A stretch of DNA of 63,991 bases, counting the filler, from Platydemus manokwari (Eukaryota), in the NCBI GenBank assembly GCA_037951405.1. It is 6 parts of 6 records of this genome, joined end to end, with 100 filler letters (N's around TTAATTAATTAA, not from the genome) between each part and the next. Parts side by side here need not be neighbours in the genome. Positions count along the whole stretch, not along the records: positions 1 to 11,781 come from JBBMOY010467777.1; positions 11,882 to 22,819 come from JBBMOY011036634.1; 4 more parts are not named here. The stretch is one strand, 5' to 3'. Of this stretch, positions 1 to 12,599 are shown one piece after another (the first letter of the stretch is position 1; every line of letters starts with the position of its first letter). The notes below the pieces were generated by a model, which was not told the DNA's origin, ran no database searches, and saw only the letters and a program-made list of their open reading frames with translations. The position numbers and the translations under genes were made by a program.

Positions 1-2955
1 ATTTAAAGTCACTTCAAAGGATCTGTTCATTATAAACGATAATACGATTTGTCATATTTAGGAGTAAATGGTAAAATAGAAATCTCTATCAAAGCTGATA
101 AGAATCTCCTATTTGGACTCGTGCTAATAATAAATTTCTACTATGGGGGTGGGGGTGGGGGTGGATTTAATTTTCATTACTCTTAGTCAGAGGAAACTTA
201 TTGATGATGAAAATTGGCTTTCAAGATGATTGAAGTTTTATTGATTAGTTTCAAATAGTTGTAAATCATCACGGAATTGAGTTGATAAGCGAACTATAAT
301 ATAGTGGATTATAGCTATGGATTAAATTGAGAAAACCAAGAAAACGGTCTATCAAAAATAATTGTTTGTGATCATCAATAACTTTATTCTGAAACCATTA
401 TAATTCTTACAATTATTAATTCTATTAATGGATTTCTCACCTAGCATATCAAACTGATTCATGATCAATAAAAGCAAATACAAATCACCGACGTATTGCC
501 ATTAGAAATGAACATTCTCATAGCACACAACAACAGTGTAGCTAACTTAATTAAAATTTTTAAGAGTGAAGATGTTTTAAAGATATTATCATTGAAATCA
601 GTTCATATCAAAAATTGTTGAAGTGAATATTCAAAGCTTCTTTTAATTTGCTGTCAAATTTAATTACTTTTCTCAAAATAAAATCTATTAGAGTTATGTG
701 AATATAAATTATTGTTTCCAGTTTTAATGTTAATTATTTTTTAAAACAAAAATTTGACTTTTGCGGGAAGTAAAGGCGAATTTCTTTGGTACCCTAAAAC
801 AACAGTTGAGGCTTTATACACATATATACCTACACGGTTATACAGGCAAAATAGCCAATCAATCAGAGATGACATCAATTGAAGATTACAATTTCGTAAA
901 AAAATGATCACACAACAACACATACAGAGATTGACTAAACTCGATCATAGAAAATCAATAAACTCAATTGGAATTTAAGAAATAGAGCATCAAATTAAAA
1001 TGTAACATAGGGAAAATATATGCATGCTTAAAGCATAAATGACGATACAAAGATTGTCAATATCCGGTCATAAGCATTGGTCATTGAATAATTGAATTTG
1101 TTTATGATTATTTAATGGAAACACTAGTGCTGAATAACAATTTGCAACCTTCATTTCATTTTAATAAACCCAAGGATATCATTGGCTGAATTGTGATATC
1201 AATCCAATGATTATTTTATTGAAAGTATAAAAATTTTTTAAAATCAAATGAAAGAATCAAATTGATTGAATCACACACTGTTTTATGAGACAAAATATTT
1301 CTTACAAAACGAGAAAGCACAAGAAATCAAAGCATAAATTGATGGTTCAATTCAGGTTCGAAAAAAATTCTGAATTAGCTTAGAATGAATAAAAATGTTT
1401 CAACATTAAAGATGGTCAATGTTTCCTCGATAATTTGCGTATTCTCATACCTCTGAAAGATATATTTTCATTTCATTTACTTTTTTTAATGTAAATAAGA
1501 TCGATTCAATGAATTTACTTTAAAACACCGTTCCTGCGGGGTCGTTTTAATTGAAAGATAAAGTGTTACTAATGGTTCAATCGATATTACAAGCTGAGAA
1601 CAGAAACCCACAGTAAAACCTTAACACATGAATCAAGCATCTGAAGTAATGTGTTTTGTTGGTATCAATGTCAAATTATCAATACATGTATCGCTAATGA
1701 TTCTGTTTTATCTTATTCTTTATAATTATAAATATAAACATTTTAAAATCACCATGATTAAAATATTTCGCTCCACAGATTCTAGAATTGAGTTCTTTTT
1801 TGTTAACAATAATTTACTTTTATTATTAAAACAAGCGCCGAGTTTGATGAGATAACGTGAGTAGTTTTATCTGTTCCATAAATTATTGAGAATAAAGATA
1901 ATGAATTTTAGTTAACAATCACCACCAAGTATCTTCTATTGTAATTAATAAATTTATAAATATTTTGATATTGTTTTAATTTTATACCAAATTGGATACG
2001 CGGCATGTGAACGGTTATATTTTCATGCATCACAATTTGTGAGGAATACATTTATGCATCATCCAAATGCCATTGAAGTATTTTATAAATTTTATTTAAA
2101 ATAAATGATTTGTTTGATCAGTTGGTTTTGACATGTCATCAACAATATATTGATTTATTTCATTATTTGTTTTAAAAAGAAAATTGTAAAAATCTAATTC
2201 ATTAGCTCTGCTGAATAATAAATAATATTAGAATTCATGTTCAGAAAAAAATAATTTCCACGCTTTTTAAAACTGGTTGCGAAAGACAATTGACAGAACT
2301 GTAATTATAAGTAATAGAGCTATGATGGCTTGTCAATTGAATATTGAACCATTGATCATTCCTATCAGATAGTTCACTGATAGATGGGCTTGGTAGTCCT
2401 TTCTACTGACTAGTATCGGATAGCAGATATTTAATATGCCATAATTAAATCAATGATCTATTCAAACCTGCGTAGATTTTATTCAAGTTCATTATTACCT
2501 ATCGCTTTAAGATAAACACTGGCTGCGGTGACACACTACTAAGTCCATCACTACAAGAATAAAATTGGTGAGCGCATGAACGAGATATAAAAATAAGCTA
2601 CTTGAAATACAAAGAATTATTAGAATATTCCTCAATACATGATTCAATATAGAGTTGATTAATATATTTTCGTTTCCAAATAAATTCATTCACCACGAAA
2701 CAACTCCTTTTTGGTTCAAAAGCATGACAATCCTCAAAAGGTTTTACTTTTTTAAATTATTCTCTCAAACGCATAATAATAATCGAATAGAACAGAAACC
2801 CTACGGGTATTAACACTTGTAAAGACAGGATCATAAAACATCCACTGCCGTAGTGATTCCAAAACGAATAAATGAATTTTAAAATAATAAAAACATCGAT
2901 AGTTATTGATGTATTTCATTCAAATATTGAGCGAATTACGAAAAAAAGATAATAA

Positions 2956-3387
2956 TCACTCTTTATATAGACCAAATATAATAATAGTTATATTAATATT
3001 TCTGTTGGATTTTGTTATGCGAATACAATGATCTCCATGATCGATATTCCACAAACATTGGCTCGATATTTGTAAAGCTGCAAAACTTTGCGATAAAACA
3101 GTAAAAACAACGAATCGAAATCTCGGAAAATAGTGGACGTCCTTTTTGATTTTGTCCAGGATATTCTTTGTTATGCCAGTGAGTAAGCATGGATTTCGAG
3201 GAAAGGTTAACGAATCGATAATAGAATTCAAATAATTATGAAGATCGTTTTGGATTTTGAAATAATTCCATTTAAAAGTGAGAAAAGGTATTGGATAAAC
3301 GGATTTTGGTCTTTCCTCTGTTCTAGTCGCCTTTCTTATAATAACTCTCTTCTGGTTATTGGAATTTGCTGAACTGATTTTCCTCAT
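2956..3387 (-). CDS. Tctex-1 domain protein (dynein light chain Tctex-type, TCTEX1D-like), single exon, 143 aa
   Basis: Uninterrupted ATG-to-stop ORF. The C-terminal half (ILDKIKKDVHYFPRFRFVVFTVLSQSFAALQISSQCLWNIDHGDHCIRITKSNRNINITIIIFGLYKE) follows the Tctex-1 pattern PRYK.VV...IASRCLW....D......N....V..VFG.Y.E and ends exactly at the family's terminal FG.Y.E. Confidence 0.8.
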   Translation of the reverse strand: MRKISSANSNNQKRVIIRKATRTEERPKSVYPIPFLTFKWNYFKIQNDLHNYLNSIIDSLTFPRNPCLLTGITKNILDKIKKDVHYFPRFRFVVFTVLSQSFAALQISSQCLWNIDHGDHCIRITKSNRNINITIIIFGLYKE

Positions 3388-3779
3388 CTCTGTTTATCAA
3401 ATAATAATCTTATTAATGATTCTTGAAAAGAAATTCATTTTCAAAGCTTATTTCAAGCATTGTCATTGGTTGATTGTCAACAAATGAAGAGTTCACAAAT
3501 GATTTGTCAGTAAAATTGTGTTTGTTGTTTAGAGATAATGCTGATAGATATAACACTGATAGATTTCAATTCAACTTCAAAAGACTAACAGATCCATTTG
3601 TCAGACATGAAGAATATTATTTTATTTATTTAACTTAATTTAAAAATAAGTATGCAAAGTTTAGAACTACACAAGCTCATCGGGCCTTCTATTCCTATAT
3701 TTCTGCTCTTTACATTATAATGGTTCACTTTGAATGAAGCAATAACTAATTCAGGTTATAAAGCTATATTTAATATGAC

Positions 3780-4500
3780 CCTTTCACCCAGGGCACAAAC
3801 CTGATTTAAGTAACGGTCATTTGTTAAAACAAACGAAGACACTATTCCGCACTTCTTTTAAAATTACCAGTGGTCACCATGTAAGCCACTACCATCTTAT
3901 AAATTAAGATTTTTAAATCCACACTATCATAAAATCTCAATGACAAGATTTATCCAAGAGAAATCAACATGATGACTTCTTTCCAAAAGGATTTTATAAG
4001 AATCGAAAGACTCTCTGATCCAGAACTGCAAAAACCCATATAAATCCCGAAGCATTCGAAGCAGTTTGGTTTTGGAAAAAGTCAAATTAAATTCAATTTG
4101 ACTGTTCTACGAGTTTAAAAAATTCATCAAAAATTCTTCATGGAAATTCTTTTTGAGGGGATCAGAAAATCCACCATATTATTTGAGCAAGAAATCAAAC
4201 TAAAAAAATCTGACTGCTGTTATGAAGTTAAAAGGTGCATAAATGCATTTATCAAACAATGTTGGCAATATAATCAATTATCCAACAAGAGAAGAGACTT
4301 TGCAAGAAAGTTAGCAAAAACAATTAAACCTGAAGGACAGTGAAAATTGGATGCTGCCTTCTAAATTACGATAAACGCAAAGGACAATAAAATTTTTCAC
4401 CATTGTTTTATGGGCTGTCGAAGAATCAAAGAGCAATATCTGGAGAAAGTTTAATCATTATTTTCTGAAAAGCACATGATGCAAAAGCAGTACCTCACTA
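3780..4500 (+). mobile_element. Possible highly decayed non-LTR (LINE) reverse transcriptase remnant
   Basis: A QFGFGKS motif (cf. LINE RT QFGFR..S) near 4062 and a YL-type motif near 4436 lie in broken frames. Boundaries are approximate. Confidence 0.25.
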
Positions 4501-6039
4501 CAGTGCCAATAAATCGAACCCATTAAATACATTAATAAATTCATTGATTTGATGGCTAATATTTTACATTGACAAATAATTGTCGAAGAATTTCACATAG
4601 AGTTTTGAAATGTCAATATCTTAAATGACTTTGAGAATCTTTTGGAAAACAAACCAAACGGTTCGTAACCAATAATCTGACAATAATATGAAATCCAATG
4701 CATACAGAACAACTTAGCCAACTATATCTTTTCCATCACAACAGTCGTAAAGAACCCAAATCAATTCAAATTCATGAGCAATTCATATTTATGGGTATTT
4801 TAAGAATCATAAGATCTCTAAATGCTGAATATAGGTTTGATTTGATTTTGTAAATTTGAAAGCTCGTCACTCATTAATTTCATATATTTTTAAAATTATT
4901 AAATTTTATTGTGGGTTGTTTGTTGATTTTATGATTCCCATTGTACTTCAATAACACGTATGGAGAAGAAATTACCGGAAAAGTTAGCTGGTCTACCTAG
5001 AGGCTGTTGATTAATATTAGACTGACTGTTGCAACAAGGTATTCATTTGCATTGCACAGAGATTAGGCGTATGATTGTTGAACCAATATTATTTGCTATT
5101 ATTGGTGTAGTCGTAATATTAAAATTGCAGACTGAATTATTAAATATCTCTTCAAGGAAAACGAAATGTCAAAACAACGAAAGGATTTTTGGCAAAATGC
5201 GTGACTCACAGAGCAAATATTCCTTAAACGATTGATTATTTAAGTAATGCAGTGATTTTAGAGTATATTGACACTCAATTCACATCATACCTGCGATATA
5301 AACTTACTGTGTTTATTGCAACTATTTTCACAAAGTACTTCCTTTATTTTATAAAGTTTAAACATTACAAAAGAGAAATAAATTTAATAACTTTTATAAC
5401 CCATGTTGGGTTCGACTGTAAACAGTCATCATGTAATACTTTTAACTCAACAAATGAGCGTGATAGTTAGACACATTCAAAATACCCTCCAATCAACCTT
5501 ATAGATTAAATTAACTCAAGCACGCATAGAATACGTATCTTCAATGTCTACCTAAAATTTACAACAACTACAAAATGACTGACTTGTCCAGTATTCGATA
5601 ATCGCAACTAAGCAAAACTTTCAGGAATTTATTGATTATTTGACCATGGCATTCTTTGATTCACAATAAATTCTACTAAATTACAAAATTCAAATTCCTT
5701 TGATTATTTTGTGGCTTATTTGTGTGAATCTATTCAATTTCAAACATATCGCGTGTTTATTGTAAAGCATTTCCACAAAACAGGAAACTGTTGCGAAGTG
5801 GACAGACTTCATATCAACTGATTGCAAGTCAATTCCTTTATAGATTGAGATATATTAATCAAATGAAAATGCTGACAAAATGTACATGGTAAATCACGTG
5901 ACGATAATTACAACAATAAAGTTGTTGCCGATGCTTATGCTAAGGATGAAATGGATGATAATTTCTCCATATTAAAGATATCTAAGAATCTTAGTAATTC
6001 AAAATCTTCAGTTGATTGAGATTCAAATCTCAAAAGATC

Positions 6040-6630
6040 TTACTTTTCTTTAAATCAAACATATAACGAGGATAACTCTGATCGGCAACTAAACTTCTAC
6101 AAAATTTCATCGCTTTACTACGTGATCCTTAAGTAACGAAAAAAATTATTTGGACAAATGAAATCAAGTTCTATATTTATTGATCAAAACTGAATTCATT
6201 TTCGTAAATCAACTTGATGCCATTGCTTGGGCGAGCATTTCGATACAACCATTTACTGTGTCCATTTTCTTTATAAAAACTATCAACTTTTAAAATTATC
6301 TCTTCATGCTCGAAAACGCGCTTCCAGAGGGTTTAGGATGCCAGAATGTGCCCATACAAAATGTAGCCTCATCGAATTTCTACCATCATCAGCTACTTGA
6401 ATTATAACTTTCTAAACCGTTGATTTGGTCACCAAGGAAATCTTTTGGAACGGCTCTCGAGATCACTCGACTTAGCACCATATGATTTCTTTCTTCATGG
6501 TCATTGAAAAGAAAGTCATCCTCAAATCTTGGATGAATTTCAAAAAAGAACTTGTAACTCATTTCATAGAGTTAATGAAGCGTTTCATAGAGATGTATGT
6601 TCTCGGATTGTTGAACTGCTCATTGAATTT
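6040..6630 (+). mobile_element. Decayed Tc1/mariner transposase (catalytic domain) remnant
   Basis: Motifs occur in the expected order across broken frames: NEDNSDRQLNFY (cf. LNEDDPDRR..FC), IIWTNEIKF (cf. IIWTDEAKF), WASIS, YL.MLEN, and RSLDLAPYDFFLHGH (cf. WPPRSPDLTPCDFFLWG). Confidence 0.7.
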
Positions 6631-7329
6631 GAGAATAAACTAAGTATTTATACTACTTTTTTGACAGCCAATCCATTATTTTTTATCAAATTATTTCATA
6701 TTTTTAAAAGTTTGGAAGAAGTTATTTGATGTCTTCATAAGTCCGTCTATATAAAATTTCAAAAAATTTTAAATAATACTTATCAAATTTTTTATTATTA
6801 TCATTAGCGAAATTTCTTGTTTCAATATCGATGGTCTCAATCACGATCTTAATTAATAGTTTATTAACATTAAAGATTAGATATTTATTTTGTCATTCTA
6901 ATTTTTCAACTTAGAGTCAAAGCATTGAAAATTATCGGATCAAATAGATTGCAATGATAGTCAGAGATTTCCACATAAATTCTGAAATCAAAACTATATT
7001 GATTCTGAATTTCTTTAGGTAACACCTGAACGTTCTTCCAGACAAGACCGATCGATTTTTGGAACTTGAAACAGAATCGAAGGTTAGCAGTTTTAAACGA
7101 TTTTTTATTACTATTATCTTGTTTCATTTTATTTACTGTTGTGAGACTCGAATGGATTCAAATTATCAATTTCAAACTGCATTGTGATTGTGTTTTAGCT
7201 TAATTAACTTGCTTTAGCTTCAATAAAGATAAATCTCTGATGTTAGGTAGAAGAATTTTTTATTTGATCGAAGTTCTGTCGAATCTCTGTGCAAGTTATG
7301 TAATGGTGAAAGTTATAGACGGTGAAGAC

Positions 7330-7800
7330 GTTGAAAGTCACTCGGTAAATGACGGTGAAGATGGACGTCATCAATTAATGTCAACTTCTCAAATTTCATT
7401 AATAAAAATCTAGATACTTTTCGCAAACTCTGATAAATAAATATTAGCAATAAAATTTATTGGAAGTTTATTGTCTAGATTTAAATAAGCTTCCAAAATA
7501 TTTGTATTGTAAATAAATTTAAATTAATACTTCGATTTCAGCTGATATTGCATTAAGAGAATTTATAAATCGTCAGTTTCACTTGTCAAGCTAAGATATT
7601 TTCATAATTTATCACATGTTATCTGATAGTGGAAATTATCCATCATCATTCTTGATAACAGATTCCGGAACTTAAAATTTCTGCCAATAAATACCCATAA
7701 CATTTTTCGGTATTCTAATGGAATAGTTCGGATGAAATATCGTTTTAGAAAAATTATTTAATGAAGATTTATTTAGAGGGGAATTTCTCTGAAGTTGTGA
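7330..7800 (-). mobile_element. Putative Penelope-like element 3' remnant
   Basis: The minus strand shares TTGACAAG...ATTTATAA...TTAATGC and ILEA-coding blocks, in the same order, with the 53440-53690 remnant. These are followed by TTGATGACGTCC, a broken hammerhead-like core. Confidence 0.3.
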
Positions 7801-8399
7801 GAATCGAATTTGCAACGATAAATAATTCTTGACACAATTACTGAATAAATGACAACTTCAGCCTCGTAATTTTTTTCATAAAGTAAAAATGAAAATTGTC
7901 ATGCCTCACTAGACTAATCGCCACCCCATGACGTTGTGCAGCTTTATAGCAAGTTCAGATTTATCTTTATTAAAGTTTGAAACCCAAAATTTATACCGAA
8001 AATGCAGAATAAGTTATGCATAAATAAATATAAATAGCCATCATGTTATTAAAAGTTTTCAGAGATTCAGTTAAAATTGAAACTTATAAATAATAGTAGT
8101 TGTGAAAAAATTTTTCGAATATTTCGAGAGTTTCGAGAAAATCTATAAATTGAAGAAACTCCTTGAAAAACTCTCTTACTGAACTACGTATTTTTGCCAG
8201 AAATTTTGTTTTTTCTTGCTTAAGTATATGCCATAGGTGGGGGACACTTTTTTGTACAAGTAACTATAAGTTAATACTCAAATTAAAAATCAAATTTCTT
8301 CACATATATGATCACATATGAAAAATATATTTAAGTAAAATTTTATTATTAACTTTCAAATACAATAACAACATATTCATAAATAAGAAGTCGACACTA

Positions 8400-9180
8400 G
8401 TGGCAACCTTTTATCAAATTTTTAAAGTTTGCTATAAAATTAGTTACAGATATCTAATGAAATTCTGTAAGATGTTGATAGTAAACTGCTTGGATTTCAC
8501 GAATTTCATCGGAGTGTACAAAAATTCACAACAATATGTTATTCTAAAAATAGAAAGTAGACGATAAATAGCTTTCTTAAAGCTTGGATATTTTGATTTT
8601 GGCATCAGTTTCCAAAATTCAATCACCGAGGAAACTTTGCGCTATATTTGCAAATCCTGATTCTCTTTCATATCTAATAAATCCAATTCCACATCCATGT
8701 TTCAGTAAATATTATTTCAGAAATTGGAAATCCATTTTCAATTAGGTGACAAATCATCGGATTTATAAAAGATACAAAAGTAGAGTTCAAAATTTTCAAA
8801 TCTTCAAACCTATATTTTGAAATTTGCGTGTAATTCTTTCAGTTTTTCTATTCATTTAATGTTCCTTCTTTGATATCAATTATATTTGAATTTTATTCTG
8901 GGAAAATAATTTGATTCTTGAAATCGTAATCTTCATAACTGATTACAGTTTATGACAAATCAACAAGGTTTTCCTTTCCATTGTAAAGCCAAATTAAGTT
9001 TTTGCAAACAATCTAAGATATCCGTTAGTAGCTTTCAGTCAAAAAGCCAAATTTAATTTTCTAATTCTGTTTAATTTTAGTATTTTTCAGCTTTTGTAAA
9101 TGTTATAATAGAATTTAGGAGTTCCATAAATAGGCTCAAACGTTATAATTTGAGAGCCATCTTACAACATATTATGAGGA
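8400..9180 (-). mobile_element. Decayed hAT (GTF2IRD2/SPIN/Buster-like) transposase, C-terminal part
   Basis: ORF 8444-8626 (EFWKLMPKSKYPSFKKAIYRLLSIFRITYCCEFLYTPMKFVKSK) matches the hAT C-terminal dimerisation domain (FW...KYP.L...LLS.F.STY.CE..FS.MK.VKS). Upstream lies LTDILDCLQKLNLALQWKG (cf. L.DI...LN.LN..LQGK). Confidence 0.8.
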
Positions 9181-9818
9181 AAAATGGTTGGGCGATTCAA
9201 TTTTTTTGGTAATTTCATCAATTTAATGTCCAGTTATCCCGTCCGACATAGGAACCTGCACGATCGATTTCTGGAACTGTATATTGATTGAATTCAAAAT
9301 TTATATATCAAAAATGAATTCACCTTCTCTATGTGGGCATTTGGTGTGATCAATATTCCAAGCTAACAAAAAACAAGCTTTGTTTATTGTGTTACTAACG
9401 TGACTTAAGAATCAAAAGTGTTCATTGTTTAATTAGATCAGATTACAAGGATTTAGGGTTTTACATTTGTGACTCTTGAATAAAGTGGATATTGAGGAAG
9501 ATTTTTTTCGTGATGTCGAGGTATGTTTTACACTTTGTATTTTTAATTGTACTGTCACAAATCAGATACAATAACTTGCTGTTATTATCAATAAAACCAT
9601 AATTTCCAAAACATTAACTTTAGTCGCTTAATATTTACTTTGTTTAAATAGGAAAATAGGCGTACACGACCAAATTGAAATTTCTAATTAGATTGGTGAT
9701 AGAAAAACCACCTGAAGTAAGCAGTAGAGTTATATCACTGGCACTTGCAGGCATAATATTTATTTGAAAACTAAACTGATTCACCAGTCAATTATTTAAA
9801 CAAATACGACGTGTTTAT

Positions 9819-10748
9819 TTATTTAACCACATTACTTGCCTGGAAGATTGTCTTTTCGTCTTGCTCAGATGTAGCAGTGAGGTTCACCAACTTGCTGAAT
9901 CTGTGAACAATAACCACTAGATATTTCTTGTTACTATGTACCGTGTTCATTTGAACAATGCCCACCACGATTTGCTTTTGATACTCAGGGCTTAACCGAG
10001 GGAGCAGAAACTCCTTAGTTCTGGATGGAGAAACCTTTCTCTTTGCACAGATAATACAGTATTTCAGTATCTCTCTGATGGTGTTGAACATGTCGGGCCA
10101 ATATAAACTGTCGTCCAAACAGGTGAAGCAGTTCTTTGAACCTAAGTCACAGAGTTCCTCGTGAATTGTTTTGACAAATTGAACGCCAAAAATTTTCATT
10201 ATTATATCAGCCAAACCCTCCGCTTTCTCCAGCATCAGCGTATCGTCGACCACATTCAGTTTATATTTAATTCTCGAAAGTGAATGTTTATTCCAGAATT
10301 CCGATCTAGTTAGAGTTGTTTCACGATTTAGAAATCTGAATGTCTACACTATTTCTGCATCTTTATGTTGTCGTTCCTGGATTTTGTGCATTATCTCGGA
10401 CTTTACTTGTATTTTGGGTAAATATCTGGTTTTAGGCGTTTCTGTTTTTGCTCCACCGTCTCTGCTCTTGCATAGGGAACATAGTGTCTCGAATATCCCA
10501 GATAATCTATCTGAGGTGCTTTGATTCTCTCCTTTTCTGTATCTTAAATAGAAATCGTATTCTGACAGCACCGCCATACATGCTTGAAATTGAGGGTTGA
10601 TAGGTTTTCGTGTCGAGTTCAAGAATGCAAGGTCTTTGTAATCGGTACTTGCTATGAATTTCTTCCCATACAAGTATTGTCTAAAGTAAATAACATACTC
10701 GTGGATAGCTAGCAGCTCCTTCCTTTGAAGGTCCGAAATAGAATTCAT
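9819..10748 (-). mobile_element. Ty3/Gypsy LTR retrotransposon pol remnant (RNase H, integrase Zn-finger, start of integrase core)
   Basis: ELLAIHEYVIYFRQYLYGKKFIASTDYKDL...LSEYDFYLRYRKGENQSTSDRLS is Ty3 RNase H. IHEELCDLG...YWPDM...KYCIIC is a degenerate HHCC. YLVVIVHRFSK is the start of the integrase core. RNase H before integrase is the Gypsy order. The reading frame is interrupted by stops. Confidence 0.9.
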
Positions 10749-11525
10749 TAAATCTTGGAAAGGTAGATTTTATTTTTTTTTCCATAATTTTGCATCAACT
10801 TGATAAATATATCGATTTAGAACTAAATAAAAGCCCAAAATTATTATTATATAAATAGAGAATTATAAAATAAATGCTATAACACATTATACACCTTGAA
10901 ATGATTAATATCACCGACCTTCATTATACAGACACAATAACGCTATTTCCAACAATTAATCAAACCAGAAATAATTTAATTTTATCAGAATTATTAAAAA
11001 AGAAATTTCATTATTTTCTTTGATTTTCCAATCGTAAATTGGAATGAAATATTGATAAACGTATAATATTCTTAAACGAATTAAAATTTGTTTTAATCAA
11101 CCAGCATCATTAACTATTAATATTCCTCCTTTAACGAACAAATTTCCCATTTTTCAAAGATTATTTTTCTTTTTCGTTTTTTAGTTGAATCAAATGGAAA
11201 TTGGTTTTGAATTATTAATTATTTATGGTTTGATTTCATCTTTAAAATGAATTTATAATGGAGAATAGAATTCTTGAAAGTCGATATAAAATTTCATTTA
11301 TTTTACAACAAAATACAATGTCAGAAAAAATTTATGATCTATGATGAAGGAAATTATTTTTTTGATAAATAAATTTTTCCATTTTCAGTGATCGTTGAGA
11401 TTTATCGAATATTTTTCCTCGATTTAGTATAGTAATTGATATTTTTAGACATTTCCAGTGCATAATTGACGTTTAAATCACATTTAATTATTTGGTTGAT
11501 TATCAACTTTATTCAATATTTTATT

Positions 11526-11723
11526 NNNNNNNNNNNNNNNNNNNNNNNNNNNNNNNNNNNNNNNNNNNNNNNNNNNNNNNNNNNNNNNNNNNNNNNNNNN
11601 NNNNNNNNNNNNNNNNNNNNNNNNNNNNNNNNNNNNNNNNNNNNNNNNNNNNNNNNNNNNNNNNNNNNNNNNNNNNNNNNNNNNNNNNNNNNNNNNNNNN
11701 NNNNNNNNNNNNNNNNNNNNNNN
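11526..11723. other. Assembly gap (N run)
   Basis: 198 N. Confidence 0.99.
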
Positions 11724-11781
11724 AAATAATGGCCGTTTGTAAACGTATACTTTAAAATACTATAACTCGCTTTAAAATGAA

Positions 11782-11881
11782 NNNNNNNNNNNNNNNNNNN
11801 NNNNNNNNNNNNNNNNNNNNNNNNNTTAATTAATTAANNNNNNNNNNNNNNNNNNNNNNNNNNNNNNNNNNNNNNNNNNNN
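11782..11881. other. Artificial contig linker N44-TTAATTAATTAA-N44
   Basis: Exact 100-bp spacer with stops in all six frames; the same spacer occurs 5 times in the window. Confidence 0.97.
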
Positions 11882-12599
11882 AACATACATTAATAATGTA
11901 TCCCAAAGACTATGTGATGTATATTTTGAAAAGTCTTACGATGGTTTTTTTGTCATTGTAATATACATACAATATAATTTCATAATAAATAATTACATGA
12001 AGGATCTTTTGATTGAGAATTCCAAAATGCACTTTCAATTAGTTGGTAGCGTGCTTCATGCCTAATAATAACTTAATAAATATCAATTATCCGTCACTTG
12101 CAAACTAAGTAAATAACGGTAATAAAGCACTCTAAAAGTCCTTAGTATCCATGCAAGTTGGGAGAAGTAAACCACTACTTCTTTTCTCACATTACAATGT
12201 TGACGTGTTACAGAATGAACAATTTATAATTAGACCACTTACTAAGGTAATATATTAGAATTTAAAAATTAAAAAAATTAAAAGATCATTTTTTAATTTT
12301 CGTAAAAACTAAAAATGGTTATAAGAAAATTTTTAAATAAAAATGAAAACTATTGAAGTCGGCAACGGTAATTCTGAATCAGATACAAATGAATTCATTG
12401 AAAAATATTTATTACAACGATATTATCTGTGCTGTTGAAATTGCAGCCAAAAACAGAAAATTGTTACCAGTAAGTGTAACGAAGATTTCCCTTACTTGCA
12501 TTTGCTGCATGTGGGCATAAAAAGTGAACAGTAACCTAAAATGCAACACTAATAAAGTTAATGAAAAATTAATGGCTAAATTCTTAAGGTATTTCAATT

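Noticed and set aside
741-923. Minus-strand ORF or terminal exon (YQRNSPLLPAKVKFLF)
   Set aside because: An acceptor-like site exists at 794, but I found no consistent upstream exon chain or recognisable family.
2993-3190. 65-aa ORF overlapping the Tctex-1 gene
   Set aside because: Alternative frame of a real CDS with no independent support.
11466-11755. ORFs 11466-11729 and 11492-11755 (also 53844-54084)
   Set aside because: Artefacts of reading through N gaps.
11826-11837. Recurrent TTAATTAATTAA as a CRISPR-like or regulatory repeat
   Set aside because: Always centred in a 100-bp N spacer; it is a synthetic linker.
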